64,000 nt of DNA, taken from NCBI GenBank assembly GCA_965228855.1, contig CBDDIJ010000005.1, forward strand, positions 1,056,001-1,120,000, written 5' to 3'. The position numbers and the translations under genes were made by a program. Position 1 is the stretch's first letter. Each line of letters begins with the position of its first letter. The notes beneath the pieces are model-generated. The model searched no databases and was not told the origin of the DNA. It saw only the letters and a program-made list of their open reading frames with translations. The DNA comes from Candidatus Obscuribacterales bacterium (GTDB taxonomy: Bacteria; Cyanobacteriota; Vampirovibrionia; Obscuribacterales; Obscuribacteraceae). Positions 50,225-60,502 of the stretch are shown here, piece by piece.

Positions 50225-52873
50225 ATGACCGATTCGACCGAAGTAGCCAGACATACTGAGCGAGCCATAACTACCCACATGCTCGGGCAGTACATGGAAG
50301 CGGAACGCCTCTACCGCAAGGCTCTGAACGGTTTAGGTGACGAAACCAATCCCACGTACCAGGACCTTCTGACCTTGAACGTTAGACTGCTGTTCGGGAT
50401 GGGCGAATACGATAATGCTCTGAAATTAGGTCAGCAGCTGGTTAAGCTACGTGAAAAGCACTTCGGATTTCACCACCCGCAAACAGCCTCTGCTTTACGC
50501 CTTGTAGCTGAAATAAAGGCGGCGCAAGGAAATATGTCTGCCGCGCTTCTGGACATTCGGCGCGGTCTGGATATCTGGATGGATACTCTCGGGTGGCAGG
50601 CGCCTGAACCGGATCCCAACGACTTCGAGCTTCATCAGATGGGCGGTCCGCGAAACCTGCTACCGGAATTCGAGTGGATTTTCGCAGAACTGGACAAATC
50701 AGCCGCTATGGCGAGACTCACTCCGGCGCAGCAAGACGCGCGCCGTTTCACACTGGCACTTGAGATTGCCAATGCTTATTCGTGGCTGGGATTACACAAA
50801 ACTGCCAGCAGTTTATTCAGAGCAGCGGCAGGGCTGGTCGACCGTGTGCCGCCCCAGATGATATGGCAAAGTTATTGGGCTGCAAGCCAGGCCGCCCAGA
50901 GTTTCATCGCCACGGGGGAAGCCGCCACCGGAAAAAATTTCATAAATTCCCTGCTCACCGCGCTGAAATCGAAGTATGAAAATGGGACGGATGTTACGCC
51001 GCTTTTGCTCGCCACACTCGCCTCGGTAGACGAGGCTATGGGTGAGCTGCAATTTGCTCGTGCAAATTTGATGAACTCCCTAAATTTACTATGTGAAATT
51101 CACGGCGACACTCATATTCAAATTGCCCGTATTCATGTCCGGCTGGGCGAAGTCCTTCACAAGCTCGGCGACGTTCGCACTAGCGAAAATCATTTCGAAA
51201 AAGCAATCTCAATCATCGAATCATGGCACGGCACTTCTGATATTGCGCTCGTGCAGCCGCTCTATAAAAAGGGACTTATGCACAAATCGGCTCGTCAGTA
51301 TCCACAAGCCGAGAAATCTTTCGCGCGAGCCCTTGAAGTTCTCTTGCCGCGCGACCAGAGTGACGTCGACCTCGGAGCCAAGATTTTTGACGAATTATCC
51401 GCGGTCTACATGAAGCAATTTTCTTTCCAGCAGGCGCAAATAGCTCAGATGCGTGGTCTGGACATGTTGCGAGAGCACGGGCGACCGACCGACCTCTTGC
51501 TGGCGCATTGCGAAATGAACATGGCGCTGATTTATTTATCGATTGCAAAATACGTCGACGCTGAGAAGAATGCAGCGAGCGCTCTGGCAGTTTTCGAGAA
51601 ACAGACCGATCGGTCGAAATACAGAGGAGATATCGCTCTCCTTCACATTGTGCAAGCCAAAATTGAAATAGAACTCGGCAGGTTGCAGCCGGCGAGCCAG
51701 TCTTTGAGACAGGCGGAAGCGATGATTGAATCGATGCGCGACCCCGATATCGAACTGCAAAAGGAATTGCACCTCTGTCACGCAAACTTGTACATAAGCC
51801 AGGGAGCGCCGGCCAAGGCGATCACGCGTCTCAACGAGATTATTGAGCTTGATGATAGTTCCAAGTCTCCTTTGCTAAGTGAACTGTCGTTGACCGCCAT
51901 GATCGAAACTGCAAACCTGGAGCTTCTGATTGGCAAGACTGCCCGAGTGGAGGATTCGCTGCTGCGCATCGTAACTCTGGCAGAGGAAAAATCAGGTCCG
52001 CAATCGGCAGATTTATTGAGAGCGCTTACGGCCCTTGCTTCGTTTTATGTAAAACAGAAGAAGCTATCCGCAGCCGAAGCCGCTGTGGAGCGGTGCACCA
52101 GAATTGTCGACACTAATCAATACCTGCGGAAACAGCCTTTTTACGGCGTTTTCCTGATGACCTATTCCGATCTACTGATCGCAAAGAGCGCATTCGATGT
52201 GGCGACGGAGAGGCTGAAACGCGCGCTTGCTGTTTTTGAAGGTTGTTTCAGCAGCCTGCATCCGAAGTGTGCAGAAATTTGGATTAACATATCGGCTTTG
52301 CTTCTTGCGCGCGGTGTGGAAGATCAGTCCGATGAGGCAGCTCACAAAGCAGTGACCATCTGCAGCAATGCTTTCGATTGGAACCACCATGCCACGATGA
52401 AGGCGGTCGCGTATGAAGCGTTCATCTCAATAAAGCGAGAACGTTATGATGTCGCTTTGACTCTGGCGGAGAGACTCTTTCCGGCGATCAACCTGGTTCG
52501 AACTCCGGCCGACTACCGCACGGCACAGGCACTCTCCGAAGTACTGAAGAACGAGCTGGTGAACAACCGAAGCCGCAACGTGATGGCGATTCAAGAGTAT
52601 CTGGAGCGAAATCTGAAACCGCTTCTTTGTGCCTACGGTGAAGACGCGCTGGATGTTTTGACCGAGTTGATGACTTTTATTTACAAACGCGACTCAAGGC
52701 AGATGGCGGTCACCATTGGCGATACCATCGTAGACTACCTGGCAAAGCCAGACTGTTTGATAGACAATCGCAAGGGCAAATTACAGACGCTTCTGATGAA
52801 GTGCCATGACTATGCATATACGGACGAGTCGAAAGCCTTGATTGACAAGATCAATTTGCATCTGTCGCAGTAG
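50225..52873 (+). CDS. Large TPR protein (kinesin light chain-type repeats)
   Basis: GQYMEAERLYRKAL, FGFHHPQTASAL, HGDTHIQIARIH..LG, RQYPQAEKSFARAL; GGAG RBS. Confidence 0.9.
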   Translation: MTDSTEVARHTERAITTHMLGQYMEAERLYRKALNGLGDETNPTYQDLLTLNVRLLFGMGEYDNALKLGQQLVKLREKHFGFHHPQTASALRLVAEIKAAQGNMSAALLDIRRGLDIWMDTLGWQAPEPDPNDFELHQMGGPRNLLPEFEWIFAELDKSAAMARLTPAQQDARRFTLALEIANAYSWLGLHKTASSLFRAAAGLVDRVPPQMIWQSYWAASQAAQSFIATGEAATGKNFINSLLTALKSKYENGTDVTPLLLATLASVDEAMGELQFARANLMNSLNLLCEIHGDTHIQIARIHVRLGEVLHKLGDVRTSENHFEKAISIIESWHGTSDIALVQPLYKKGLMHKSARQYPQAEKSFARALEVLLPRDQSDVDLGAKIFDELSAVYMKQFSFQQAQIAQMRGLDMLREHGRPTDLLLAHCEMNMALIYLSIAKYVDAEKNAASALAVFEKQTDRSKYRGDIALLHIVQAKIEIELGRLQPASQSLRQAEAMIESMRDPDIELQKELHLCHANLYISQGAPAKAITRLNEIIELDDSSKSPLLSELSLTAMIETANLELLIGKTARVEDSLLRIVTLAEEKSGPQSADLLRALTALASFYVKQKKLSAAEAAVERCTRIVDTNQYLRKQPFYGVFLMTYSDLLIAKSAFDVATERLKRALAVFEGCFSSLHPKCAEIWINISALLLARGVEDQSDEAAHKAVTICSNAFDWNHHATMKAVAYEAFISIKRERYDVALTLAERLFPAINLVRTPADYRTAQALSEVLKNELVNNRSRNVMAIQEYLERNLKPLLCAYGEDALDVLTELMTFIYKRDSRQMAVTIGDTIVDYLAKPDCLIDNRKGKLQTLLMKCHDYAYTDESKALIDKINLHLSQ

Positions 52874-52959
52874 AAAGAATTCAAGGCGTAGAGAACGGTC
52901 CAGCACAGGCGCAACCGTTCGCGAAAAACGGAGACAACGCAAACAGATTGCAGCGAACT

Positions 52960-54846
52960 CTAGTCGGAGATTTTTTCATCCATTTCGAGCAGTCCGCTGT
53001 TGGTAAAAGCGTCTTTTGCGTGGGTGCTCTGAATCATGGTATTACAATGTGGATGAGACTTTCTGAACGCAGATATAGCTGAGTCCGTAAACTTTAAACA
53101 ATTAATAGCCTCTATAGAGCTCAGTGGCATATTACCGATAATGGTAAAAACTCTGTCGGTCAAATCGTGATTGTTGGTCAGGTCGAGAAAGTGCAATCTC
53201 AAATTTTTGAAAGCGTTTACATCGTCGTCCTGCAACTTCAACGAAGCTACCCAGAGGCTCGTAAGCTTCGTAAGTTTTCGGACCTGGCGTACTGACTCGG
53301 GACTTATCGAAGTATCGCCGATGTCGAGAAAATTCAAATTCGGATGATTTTGCAGGATTGATTGAAACCCGACATCAGTTACCTTTTTGCATGCGTCGAT
53401 ATCAAGCCGTTGCAGGCGGGCTCCCAGTGGTTGCAGTTTCTTAATACCAAGATCAGTAATGCCGGTGCTCGCCAACTTTAGCCAGACGAGGTTCGGCATT
53501 CGCCCGACCTCCTCTAGTAGTTCATCGGTGACCTTGGTTTCGGACAAATCGAGACCGGTTATTCGAGAGAGTTGAGTTATGTATCTGATACCATCTGCGG
53601 TGATTCGTTTAGCGCCATGCAAACTAACAAGAGTAACATCTTCGTTTTTATTCAAGACCTCCATCAACCTGGCGTCACTCAGATTGTTGTCGGCGAACCA
53701 ATAGTCCGCCAACTTATTGTCCTGCTTCTCCGGATGAAATCCCTTCGGCAACGGATTAACAGCGCCCTTGTAATCGCCTTCACGGAAGGGGTTCTTCGCT
53801 TCGCTGACGTTAACCTTGGGGGCCTCTCCTAGAAAACGCTCGGTAGCGTCCTTTCGACTCATATAATAAAAGAAACCGAGACTGAGAGCTGTCAAAAACA
53901 AAGATGCTGCTATGAAGGCAATCGCCTTCTTCCGGGGGATCGCCGCGCTGGTACCATGGGCAGTGATATGTCGAACCTCGGCCTCCGAGAGCAATGCGAC
54001 GAGAGCTTCTCGAAATTCATCCATGCTCTGGTAGCGAAGGTCGGGATCGCTCTTCAATGCTTTTCTGACTATATCGTTGAGCGCGTGCGCTGTTTCTGTT
54101 TCACCTACATAGAGGCGCAAATGAGGGGGCGGCTCATCGTTTAAGCGCTGCTGAAAGGAGACGATCATCTGATCAGAGTCGAAGGGCGTACGACCGGTCA
54201 GCATCATGTAGAGCAAAAGTCCGAGTCCGTAAATATCGGTTCGTTCGTCAGCGCTTTCGGCTCGAACCTGCTCGGGGCTCATGTACAGAGGAGTGCCAAT
54301 CGCTGCGTTAGCGCGCGTCAGGGTATCGAATTGGTCGTGCAAAAGCTTAGCGATGCCAAAGTCAAGAATGCGCACGTTCTTCTGTTTGTCGACCATCACG
54401 TTGCTCGGTTTCAAATCACGATGAACAACTCCTTGCGCATGCGCGTGCTGAAGAGCCGAGCAAAGCTGAACAGCGTAACGGATCGAGTCCTCTAGCGGAA
54501 AGGGGCCGGACTTCTTCAACAAATTATCAATCATCGAACCATCTACCAATTCCATGACGATATAGAACTCATCATCATCGGAATGCTCGAAATCCAGAAC
54601 TCGCACGATGAATTGATTGTCGAGACGACTCAAAATTTTGGCTTCTTGTTGAAAGCGCACGATGTCTCGGGAACTTACGCTCGTGCGAAGAACCTTAAGC
54701 GCGACTTCCTTGTTGAGTTTCTGGTCAAGGGCGCGATACACCTTTCCGCCTCCGCCCTGACCAATCAGCTGAAGGTCGACGTAGCGCCTTTTGAAATCAA
54801 GATTGGTACTCTTGATCAGATCCTGCAGATTTTTAGACTCGTCCAT
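52960..54846 (-). CDS. Membrane Ser/Thr kinase with extracellular LRR
   Basis: GQGGGGKV, VALK, HRDLKPSN, DFG, GTPLYMSPE; TM; LDLSETKVTD-type LRRs. Start set at ATG 54846; ORF extends to 55059. Confidence 0.93.
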   Translation of the reverse strand: MDESKNLQDLIKSTNLDFKRRYVDLQLIGQGGGGKVYRALDQKLNKEVALKVLRTSVSSRDIVRFQQEAKILSRLDNQFIVRVLDFEHSDDDEFYIVMELVDGSMIDNLLKKSGPFPLEDSIRYAVQLCSALQHAHAQGVVHRDLKPSNVMVDKQKNVRILDFGIAKLLHDQFDTLTRANAAIGTPLYMSPEQVRAESADERTDIYGLGLLLYMMLTGRTPFDSDQMIVSFQQRLNDEPPPHLRLYVGETETAHALNDIVRKALKSDPDLRYQSMDEFREALVALLSEAEVRHITAHGTSAAIPRKKAIAFIAASLFLTALSLGFFYYMSRKDATERFLGEAPKVNVSEAKNPFREGDYKGAVNPLPKGFHPEKQDNKLADYWFADNNLSDARLMEVLNKNEDVTLVSLHGAKRITADGIRYITQLSRITGLDLSETKVTDELLEEVGRMPNLVWLKLASTGITDLGIKKLQPLGARLQRLDIDACKKVTDVGFQSILQNHPNLNFLDIGDTSISPESVRQVRKLTKLTSLWVASLKLQDDDVNAFKNLRLHFLDLTNNHDLTDRVFTIIGNMPLSSIEAINCLKFTDSAISAFRKSHPHCNTMIQSTHAKDAFTNSGLLEMDEKISD

Positions 54847-54893
54847 CTTTGCCACAGCGCCGGAAAACCCATTGTACTGTAGCATACAAAACA

Positions 54894-54925
54894 GAACAGC
54901 CGCCCAGGTACAAAGGCGGCTGTTC
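54894..54925 (-). terminator. Intrinsic terminator after the small secreted protein gene
   Basis: GAACAGCCGCC-10 nt-GGCGGCTGTTC followed by TGTTTTG on the minus strand. Confidence 0.7.
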
Positions 54926-55006
54926 CGATATTGTTGTCGAAGTAGAAAGACTTCTTGCAATGCGAGGTCCGCGAATTCACTTCGCTTGCGCGCCATTTCC
55001 CTTACT

Positions 55007-55267
55007 TCAATTCGACTTAACGACGGGCGTGGATTCAGAAATTGGGTTTGCGGTCGCAACGATTTTCTTACTGTTTGCGCTGTGGCTTACAGCCGTTTTG
55101 CGGCTCGACGTGTTCTTGACCGCTCGACGGACACATCTGTGCGGAACAACAGACTCCGGCACCACGAGTAAATCGTTGGTCATACAAGTGGTTTCCGCGT
55201 ATGCCTCCGATGACGCTCCAGCGAACATCAATACCAGCGCGACCAAAACTAAGCATGCGCCTTTCAT
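55007..55267 (-). CDS. Small secreted hypothetical protein
   Basis: GGAG RBS, signal peptide ending AYA, downstream terminator. Confidence 0.65.
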   Translation of the reverse strand: MKGACLVLVALVLMFAGASSEAYAETTCMTNDLLVVPESVVPHRCVRRAVKNTSSRKTAVSHSANSKKIVATANPISESTPVVKSN

Positions 55268-55508
55268 TTATTACTCCAGAAATTGACAACGGAAAGGCAA
55301 CGCCCTGATACAGGCGTTTGCAGGTCCGGAAGGGGATTTGCTAATTCCTATTCTCGGTCATGATCGCAAAGCAGTGATTGCATAACGATTACATATCCGT
55401 TGGTTGTTTGTTAATTGGCTGCAAAGTCGGTTTAATCGAACTGGAGTGGAGGTGAACGAAGTTCTCCGTAACTGTCACAAGAGCTGCAAGTGTTCTTCAC
55501 ATGCCTAT

Positions 55509-57122
55509 TTATTTGAGCATTCGCTTCATGAGTTTTCCCGTCGAGTTACGCGGAAGTTCCGTCGCAAACTCAACGATTCGAGGCACCTTATAAGGTGCCA
55601 GGTGTTCGCTACAAAAGTCTTTCACAGCATCTTCCGTTAAGGAAACGCCGGAACGGGTGACCACGAAAGCTTTGACTCGTTCGCCCATCAACTCGTCGGG
55701 AACCCCAATGACAGCCACATCTTGAACGCCGTCCATTTTAAGAATTACTTCTTCTAATTCCCGAGGATAAATATTCTGGCCGCCCCTTATGATCATTTCT
55801 TTTTTGCGCCCGACGATGAAAACGTAACCATCCTCATCCTGGTACCCGAGATCGCCTGTGAGCAGCCAGCCATCTCGGTTAAACGCTTCCTCGCTTGCTT
55901 CGGGTTGATTGTGATAACCGAGCATGACACACGGACCTTTGATTGCTATTTCGCCGACGTTTTGTTCTCCAGCTGGAAGCGGACCAATGCAGTCTTTATC
56001 TAGAATTGCAAGCGACACCTCTGGAATTGCAAGACCAATCGAACCAGTTTTACCGGCACGGGGAGGATTGACAGTGCCACCGCCGGCGGTTTCACTCATA
56101 CCATAACCCTCAACAACTTGTACGTTGAACTCTCGCTTGATCCGCTCCAGGAATTCAGGCGCGATCGGTGCTGCGGCAGACAGGCAGTATCGAAGAGCAG
56201 ACACGTCAACTTTATTCTGTTCGTACTCCATCATCATGAACTGATACATTGCAGGCACGCCTGGCACCACTGTGATGCGTTCTTTAGCAATGCAGTCCAG
56301 CGCAGCTTTAGCCTCGAACTTCGGCATTATCACTACAGTGCATCCAAGAGCGACAGGGGTGCTGACGAGTGACCCGATACCGTAGATGTGGCACATTGGC
56401 AGTAAACCCAAAATGCGCTCGTCAGATTTAAGATCAAGACTGGAGAAGATATTGAATGGAAAAACAGACATGAGGCTTCGGTGGGTAAGCATCGCGCCTT
56501 TAGGTTTCCCTGTGGTCCCCGATGTATAGACGAGCAGAGCCAGATCGTGTTCAGGATCAATGCTCGTATCAAAGGTAGACAGGTCGCCTGGTTTCAAGTC
56601 GCCAGTCAGATCGATCAGTTTAAGCTCTGAATTTGCGGAATGAATCTGAAGTTCAGCCGCACGCTCAGACACTATTAAAAACTGGAGTCCATCGATTTGC
56701 GGCAGAGCTGCCACCACCTCTGGTAGCAGATGATTATGAACGATGATGGCACGAGAATTGGAGTCGCTGAGAATATGAGCGATTTCGGCAGACTTCAACA
56801 TTGGATTAATCGGGACGACTACGGCTCCAATTTTTGCAACTGCAAAAAAGATGGCTATGAAATCCGGATGGTTCGGGAATAAGACGCTAACTTTGTCGCC
56901 TTTGTGCAAGCCGAGCGCGCGAATCTGCTCTTCCATTGCCAGAGAACGTGCGTTCAAGCTGGCAAAATCGATCCGTTTATCGCCGAAGACAACAGCCTCC
57001 GCCGTTGGTCGGCGCGCGGCTTGAACGGACAACGCATCGCCGATGTTAGCGCTGGGCCAACCGGTTGGAATTTTTGTTTCGGTGGAAAGTACAGTATTCA
57101 AAGCTTTTGCCCTTTGCGCCAA
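55509..57122 (-). CDS. fadD: Long-chain fatty acid-CoA ligase (AMP-binding family)
   Basis: YTSGTTGKPKG, EGYGMSE, TGDLG, GRKKEMIIRGGQNIYP, LPRNSTGK. Confidence 0.9.
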   Translation of the reverse strand: MAQRAKALNTVLSTETKIPTGWPSANIGDALSVQAARRPTAEAVVFGDKRIDFASLNARSLAMEEQIRALGLHKGDKVSVLFPNHPDFIAIFFAVAKIGAVVVPINPMLKSAEIAHILSDSNSRAIIVHNHLLPEVVAALPQIDGLQFLIVSERAAELQIHSANSELKLIDLTGDLKPGDLSTFDTSIDPEHDLALLVYTSGTTGKPKGAMLTHRSLMSVFPFNIFSSLDLKSDERILGLLPMCHIYGIGSLVSTPVALGCTVVIMPKFEAKAALDCIAKERITVVPGVPAMYQFMMMEYEQNKVDVSALRYCLSAAAPIAPEFLERIKREFNVQVVEGYGMSETAGGGTVNPPRAGKTGSIGLAIPEVSLAILDKDCIGPLPAGEQNVGEIAIKGPCVMLGYHNQPEASEEAFNRDGWLLTGDLGYQDEDGYVFIVGRKKEMIIRGGQNIYPRELEEVILKMDGVQDVAVIGVPDELMGERVKAFVVTRSGVSLTEDAVKDFCSEHLAPYKVPRIVEFATELPRNSTGKLMKRMLK

Positions 57123-57348
57123 GCGCTTACAGTTGGATCAAAAAGAGGTTTCAATCGCACAGAATTACCGGCTCTAATGCCGAACACTAGGAGCCAACGG
57201 GGTTGCGCAGCGAGCAGAAGCTAGCACGATTATAGGTGTCCGACGGCTGTTCAGATCACTCGCAAGATTGAATATTGTCGCAACAACCCGCTTGACCATC
57301 AAGCTCTTGAGAACCGCGAGCGCCGATGATTACACAACACTAATAGAA

Positions 57349-57535
57349 TCCTGAACCGATATCGGTTTAGAAACGCATCAAACCAACGGCGAAAAATTTT
57401 AGCGACCTACTCCCATCGTTTTCGTAAACCGATATCGGTTTACGAAACATAGAACGGGTGTCGGTTTAATACCCAAAACGCGCAACACCACAAGAGTCGC
57501 GAACTCCGCTTTCTGAACCGATATCGGTTCAGGAA
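57349..57535. repeat. Cluster of palindromic repeats, core AACCGATATCGGTT
   Basis: Copies at 57353-57368, 57420-57447 (perfect 28-bp palindrome) and 57513-57532 (perfect 20 bp); degenerate copy at 57452-57467. Confidence 0.9.
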
Positions 57536-57579
57536 CCCAAAGCACCCATACCCGGGTTCTAGAAAGTTAGGCAATGGCT

Positions 57580-57981
57580 CTACTGAACAGCGTTTCGCTC
57601 GTGCAGCTTACCTACCAGAGTATTTAATCCGAATTTGGCAAGTTCAGAAGGGCACTCGAATACAAATGCCTCGTTCTCTTGCAGAACACATCTAACTGTG
57701 TCTCCCTCTCCATAGATATCGAATACTTGCTGGTAGCCAACGAATGGGCCGTCCGGACCGAAAGTCAAGGTAATGCGCGGCGGATCCTCAAGGAGCGCAA
57801 AGCCGAATGCCATACCGCGAAACTCCACCCAGCCGTCCTTGATGTTTGTGAGCGTAAAGCCGTCAAGGTCCTTGCTGTACTTTGTCGCGTTAGCCTCGCG
57901 AGCAAGTTGCAAGATCTCTTTAGTGAATGTTTGATAGAACGTCCGCGCGATTGATTCTTGTGCGGTTCTCATAATGTGCAT
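57580..57981 (-). CDS. Hypothetical protein
   Basis: 133 aa, GGAG RBS, 8 bp downstream of the HAD gene. Confidence 0.75.
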   Translation of the reverse strand: MHIMRTAQESIARTFYQTFTKEILQLAREANATKYSKDLDGFTLTNIKDGWVEFRGMAFGFALLEDPPRITLTFGPDGPFVGYQQVFDIYGEGDTVRCVLQENEAFVFECPSELAKFGLNTLVGKLHERNAVQ

Positions 57982-57989
57982 CTCTCCGT

Positions 57990-59702
57990 TTACTTACTCT
58001 CCACAGGGAGTGTATAGCGCTCTTCGATTGCGCTGAGTACTCTCTGCTTACCTTCTTCGGTAGAGATATTCTCGGAGTCCTCAACTCCGCGTGCAACCTC
58101 GGCCAGAGCATCGTCTTTAATAATCTCTTTGAACCATTTAGAGTATTCGTGACGTTTCAGGTGATACAACCACGTAGCGTCGTCGACACCGTTAGCAAGC
58201 TGGCTGAACGTAATTAAATTCTGGGCTCGCAATTTCAGTTTATGCGGGCCCGTGAAATAAAAACTTCGCTCTTCCCCCAAGTATCCCTCGGCGTATTTAC
58301 GGCGGTGTCTGCGCCGTTCGATATTGGAAAGTTCTAAATCGACCACCTGAGGAGCGCCCCCGGTGCGCGGGCACCAGACCAGAGACTGACCTTTTCCGAG
58401 CTTAGTTCGCTTAAGCTTCGGCATTTTATAGCCAGCAACTTCCGCGAGATTTCGAACTGTCGCCTCAGGCTCCTCTCCGATTGTCAGCAAGAAGTCCAGA
58501 TCCTTTAGTATCACAGGTGATACCGTGGTGGGATGGACAGTAATCATGATCAAGCCCTTCAGTTGATGCGGAACATATGATTCGGCGGGCTGCCAATCTT
58601 TGGGAAAGATATGATGAGCCTCGTCGATAACGATGTAGTGCGGTCTGCCGAAATCGCCGCGCATCTCCTGCAGACGGGGAAACAGAGCACTGAAGAAGGC
58701 TGGACGGTCTTCCAACTTCAAGCCGAGAAGATTTACGATTGCGTTGCTCTGAGGATTTTTTAACAGCTGCATAACCTCATCGGCACTGGGCGCGCGTTTA
58801 GCATCGCCAAGTACGACCGAGTTTCCGAAAGCTTCGTAGTCCCCCTCGGGGTCGATAAGACAAAACTGATAATCCGCTTGCGCTAGAGTATCCAGAATCC
58901 CGAGAGTAGCGTTGGACTTGCCGCTTCCCGATGGTCCCGCAATTAAAATATTTGTGCCTAGCGCTGCAAATTTTACTTCGGCGCCTTCCATGTTTTTTCC
59001 GAGGAGTTGGTCATGGCGCGTCATTTTGCAGTTAGCAAACTCATCTTTGAGAAGCATTTCGATCATTTCTTCGATGCCGGCTCCATGATCTCTGGTTGTT
59101 ACCAAATCAGCACGTTCCTTCACGGCAGGTAGCGCGTTTGAAACAGCGACAGCAACCTGACAAAGCGACATGAACGCGTGGTCGTTTTCGGCGTCACCGC
59201 CGCCGATAACGTTGTGGGGTGAAAGTCCCATCTGCTCGCAAGCGGCAATTAAACCGGTCCCTTTGTTGACGCCGGATGGCAGGACCATGACTGAGCCCTT
59301 GTTAAAGATTATCTGCAATTCTAAACCGAGCTCTTTGATAGCATCGATAGTCGCTTGATGGAACGGTTCCCAAGTCGAAATGATACAGCGGCCATGGTTA
59401 ATTGGTTTCACGTCTCTCTTCTTAAGAGCAGCCAGAAGATCTTCTGAACAATCCTCTGTCAGTTTTTGCTCTTTCTTGGTTGCCGGATCGTAGATAAGCG
59501 CACCATTTTCAGCTACCACCAGGTCAAACATTTCTACTTCAGGAAAGACTCTTAGCAGATCGTCAATCTCCCGACCGGTGACCATTAAAACCTTACGACC
59601 GGACTCCTTCAAACGTTTCAACGCCGCAACCGTAGAAGGAAACACGCGCCCATCAGATGCAAGTGTTCCATCATAATCAAATGCCGCCGCTAAATACTTC
59701 AA
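57990..59702 (-). CDS. Cof-type HAD hydrolase fused to a HerA-like P-loop ATPase and a helical C-terminal domain
   Basis: FDYDGTL, VTGR, NKG, GDAEND; GPSGSGKS, IDPEGDY, VIDEAH; probable TTG start 59702. Confidence 0.92.
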   Translation of the reverse strand: MKYLAAAFDYDGTLASDGRVFPSTVAALKRLKESGRKVLMVTGREIDDLLRVFPEVEMFDLVVAENGALIYDPATKKEQKLTEDCSEDLLAALKKRDVKPINHGRCIISTWEPFHQATIDAIKELGLELQIIFNKGSVMVLPSGVNKGTGLIAACEQMGLSPHNVIGGGDAENDHAFMSLCQVAVAVSNALPAVKERADLVTTRDHGAGIEEMIEMLLKDEFANCKMTRHDQLLGKNMEGAEVKFAALGTNILIAGPSGSGKSNATLGILDTLAQADYQFCLIDPEGDYEAFGNSVVLGDAKRAPSADEVMQLLKNPQSNAIVNLLGLKLEDRPAFFSALFPRLQEMRGDFGRPHYIVIDEAHHIFPKDWQPAESYVPHQLKGLIMITVHPTTVSPVILKDLDFLLTIGEEPEATVRNLAEVAGYKMPKLKRTKLGKGQSLVWCPRTGGAPQVVDLELSNIERRRHRRKYAEGYLGEERSFYFTGPHKLKLRAQNLITFSQLANGVDDATWLYHLKRHEYSKWFKEIIKDDALAEVARGVEDSENISTEEGKQRVLSAIEERYTLPVESK

Positions 59703-60042
59703 GGGAGTTACCTCACTCTGCACTCTCAACTAAAACTTGACAGATCATTGAATCCGAGTGCTGGATTAGCTCTGCCACGATCCCTAACAGGGTAGCCTTA
59801 TATTTACTCTAATAGCTTAAACGGTCCTTTCGAATACCTTACGCCATCGATTCGCGTAATTTGTACGTTCGGACCGTTTTCAGCTGTTCATCAGCATTTG
59901 TATGCATGAGCGAAATCGAGTAAGGCTAAAATTTTAAGATCCTAGTTGTTACATGACTGTGAAAAATGTTGCCTGGACAACAAGCATGGCCAGTTTCCGC
60001 GAGATAACCTATAATGCCGGCAGTGGGCTATGAGAAAACGAA

Positions 60043-60369
60043 GTGGAGCCATTCGCCGTAAGCAGGAAAACGGTTCTTCTAGTCATCGCGATATTCTTTG
60101 CGGCGACGACTTTTCTGCTGGCCGCCTACCTTTTCCAGAATCAGCCGGTCTGCCCCCGATGCAAAAACTCGTTCGATGTCGTTTTCACCTGGCGAGCCTA
60201 TCATGACTCCAATGTATCGCGACATATGTTTTACAGATTCGGTCCGTTCGGACGATGCGATCACTATGACCCTATGATTCCTGAAATAATTCCGCCACCT
60301 CAATTCAGCTGGTACTGCGCGACATGCAGCAAGCATGTTCGACGGGGCTCAAACTGGCGCCAGAAGTAA
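60043..60369 (+). CDS. Small membrane-anchored protein with two CxxC motifs
   Basis: N-terminal TM, CPRC and CATC; TATAAT upstream; hairpin at about 60396-60424 downstream. Confidence 0.6.
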   Translation: MEPFAVSRKTVLLVIAIFFAATTFLLAAYLFQNQPVCPRCKNSFDVVFTWRAYHDSNVSRHMFYRFGPFGRCDHYDPMIPEIIPPPQFSWYCATCSKHVRRGSNWRQK

Positions 60370-60502
60370 CTGATACTAAATACAATACCAAAGAGAAGGC
60401 ACCCTGTATAAGAGGTGCCGTTTCCCAAAGTTTCTTCGATACACTCGACTGGCGTTGTACCGTGAGCCTGGTCTCTGCTGTGCCGCAGGAGGACCCGAAT
60501 TT

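Noticed and set aside
55315..55345. SRP RNA (CAGGTCCGGAAGG on the plus strand)
   Set aside because: Lacks the following AAGCAGC and the long SRP stem.
57349..57535. Mini CRISPR array
   Set aside because: Repeats are loopless palindromes with variable arms, spacing is uneven (73 versus 89 bp), a lone copy lies 4 kb away and no cas genes are present. Kept as a repeat finding.
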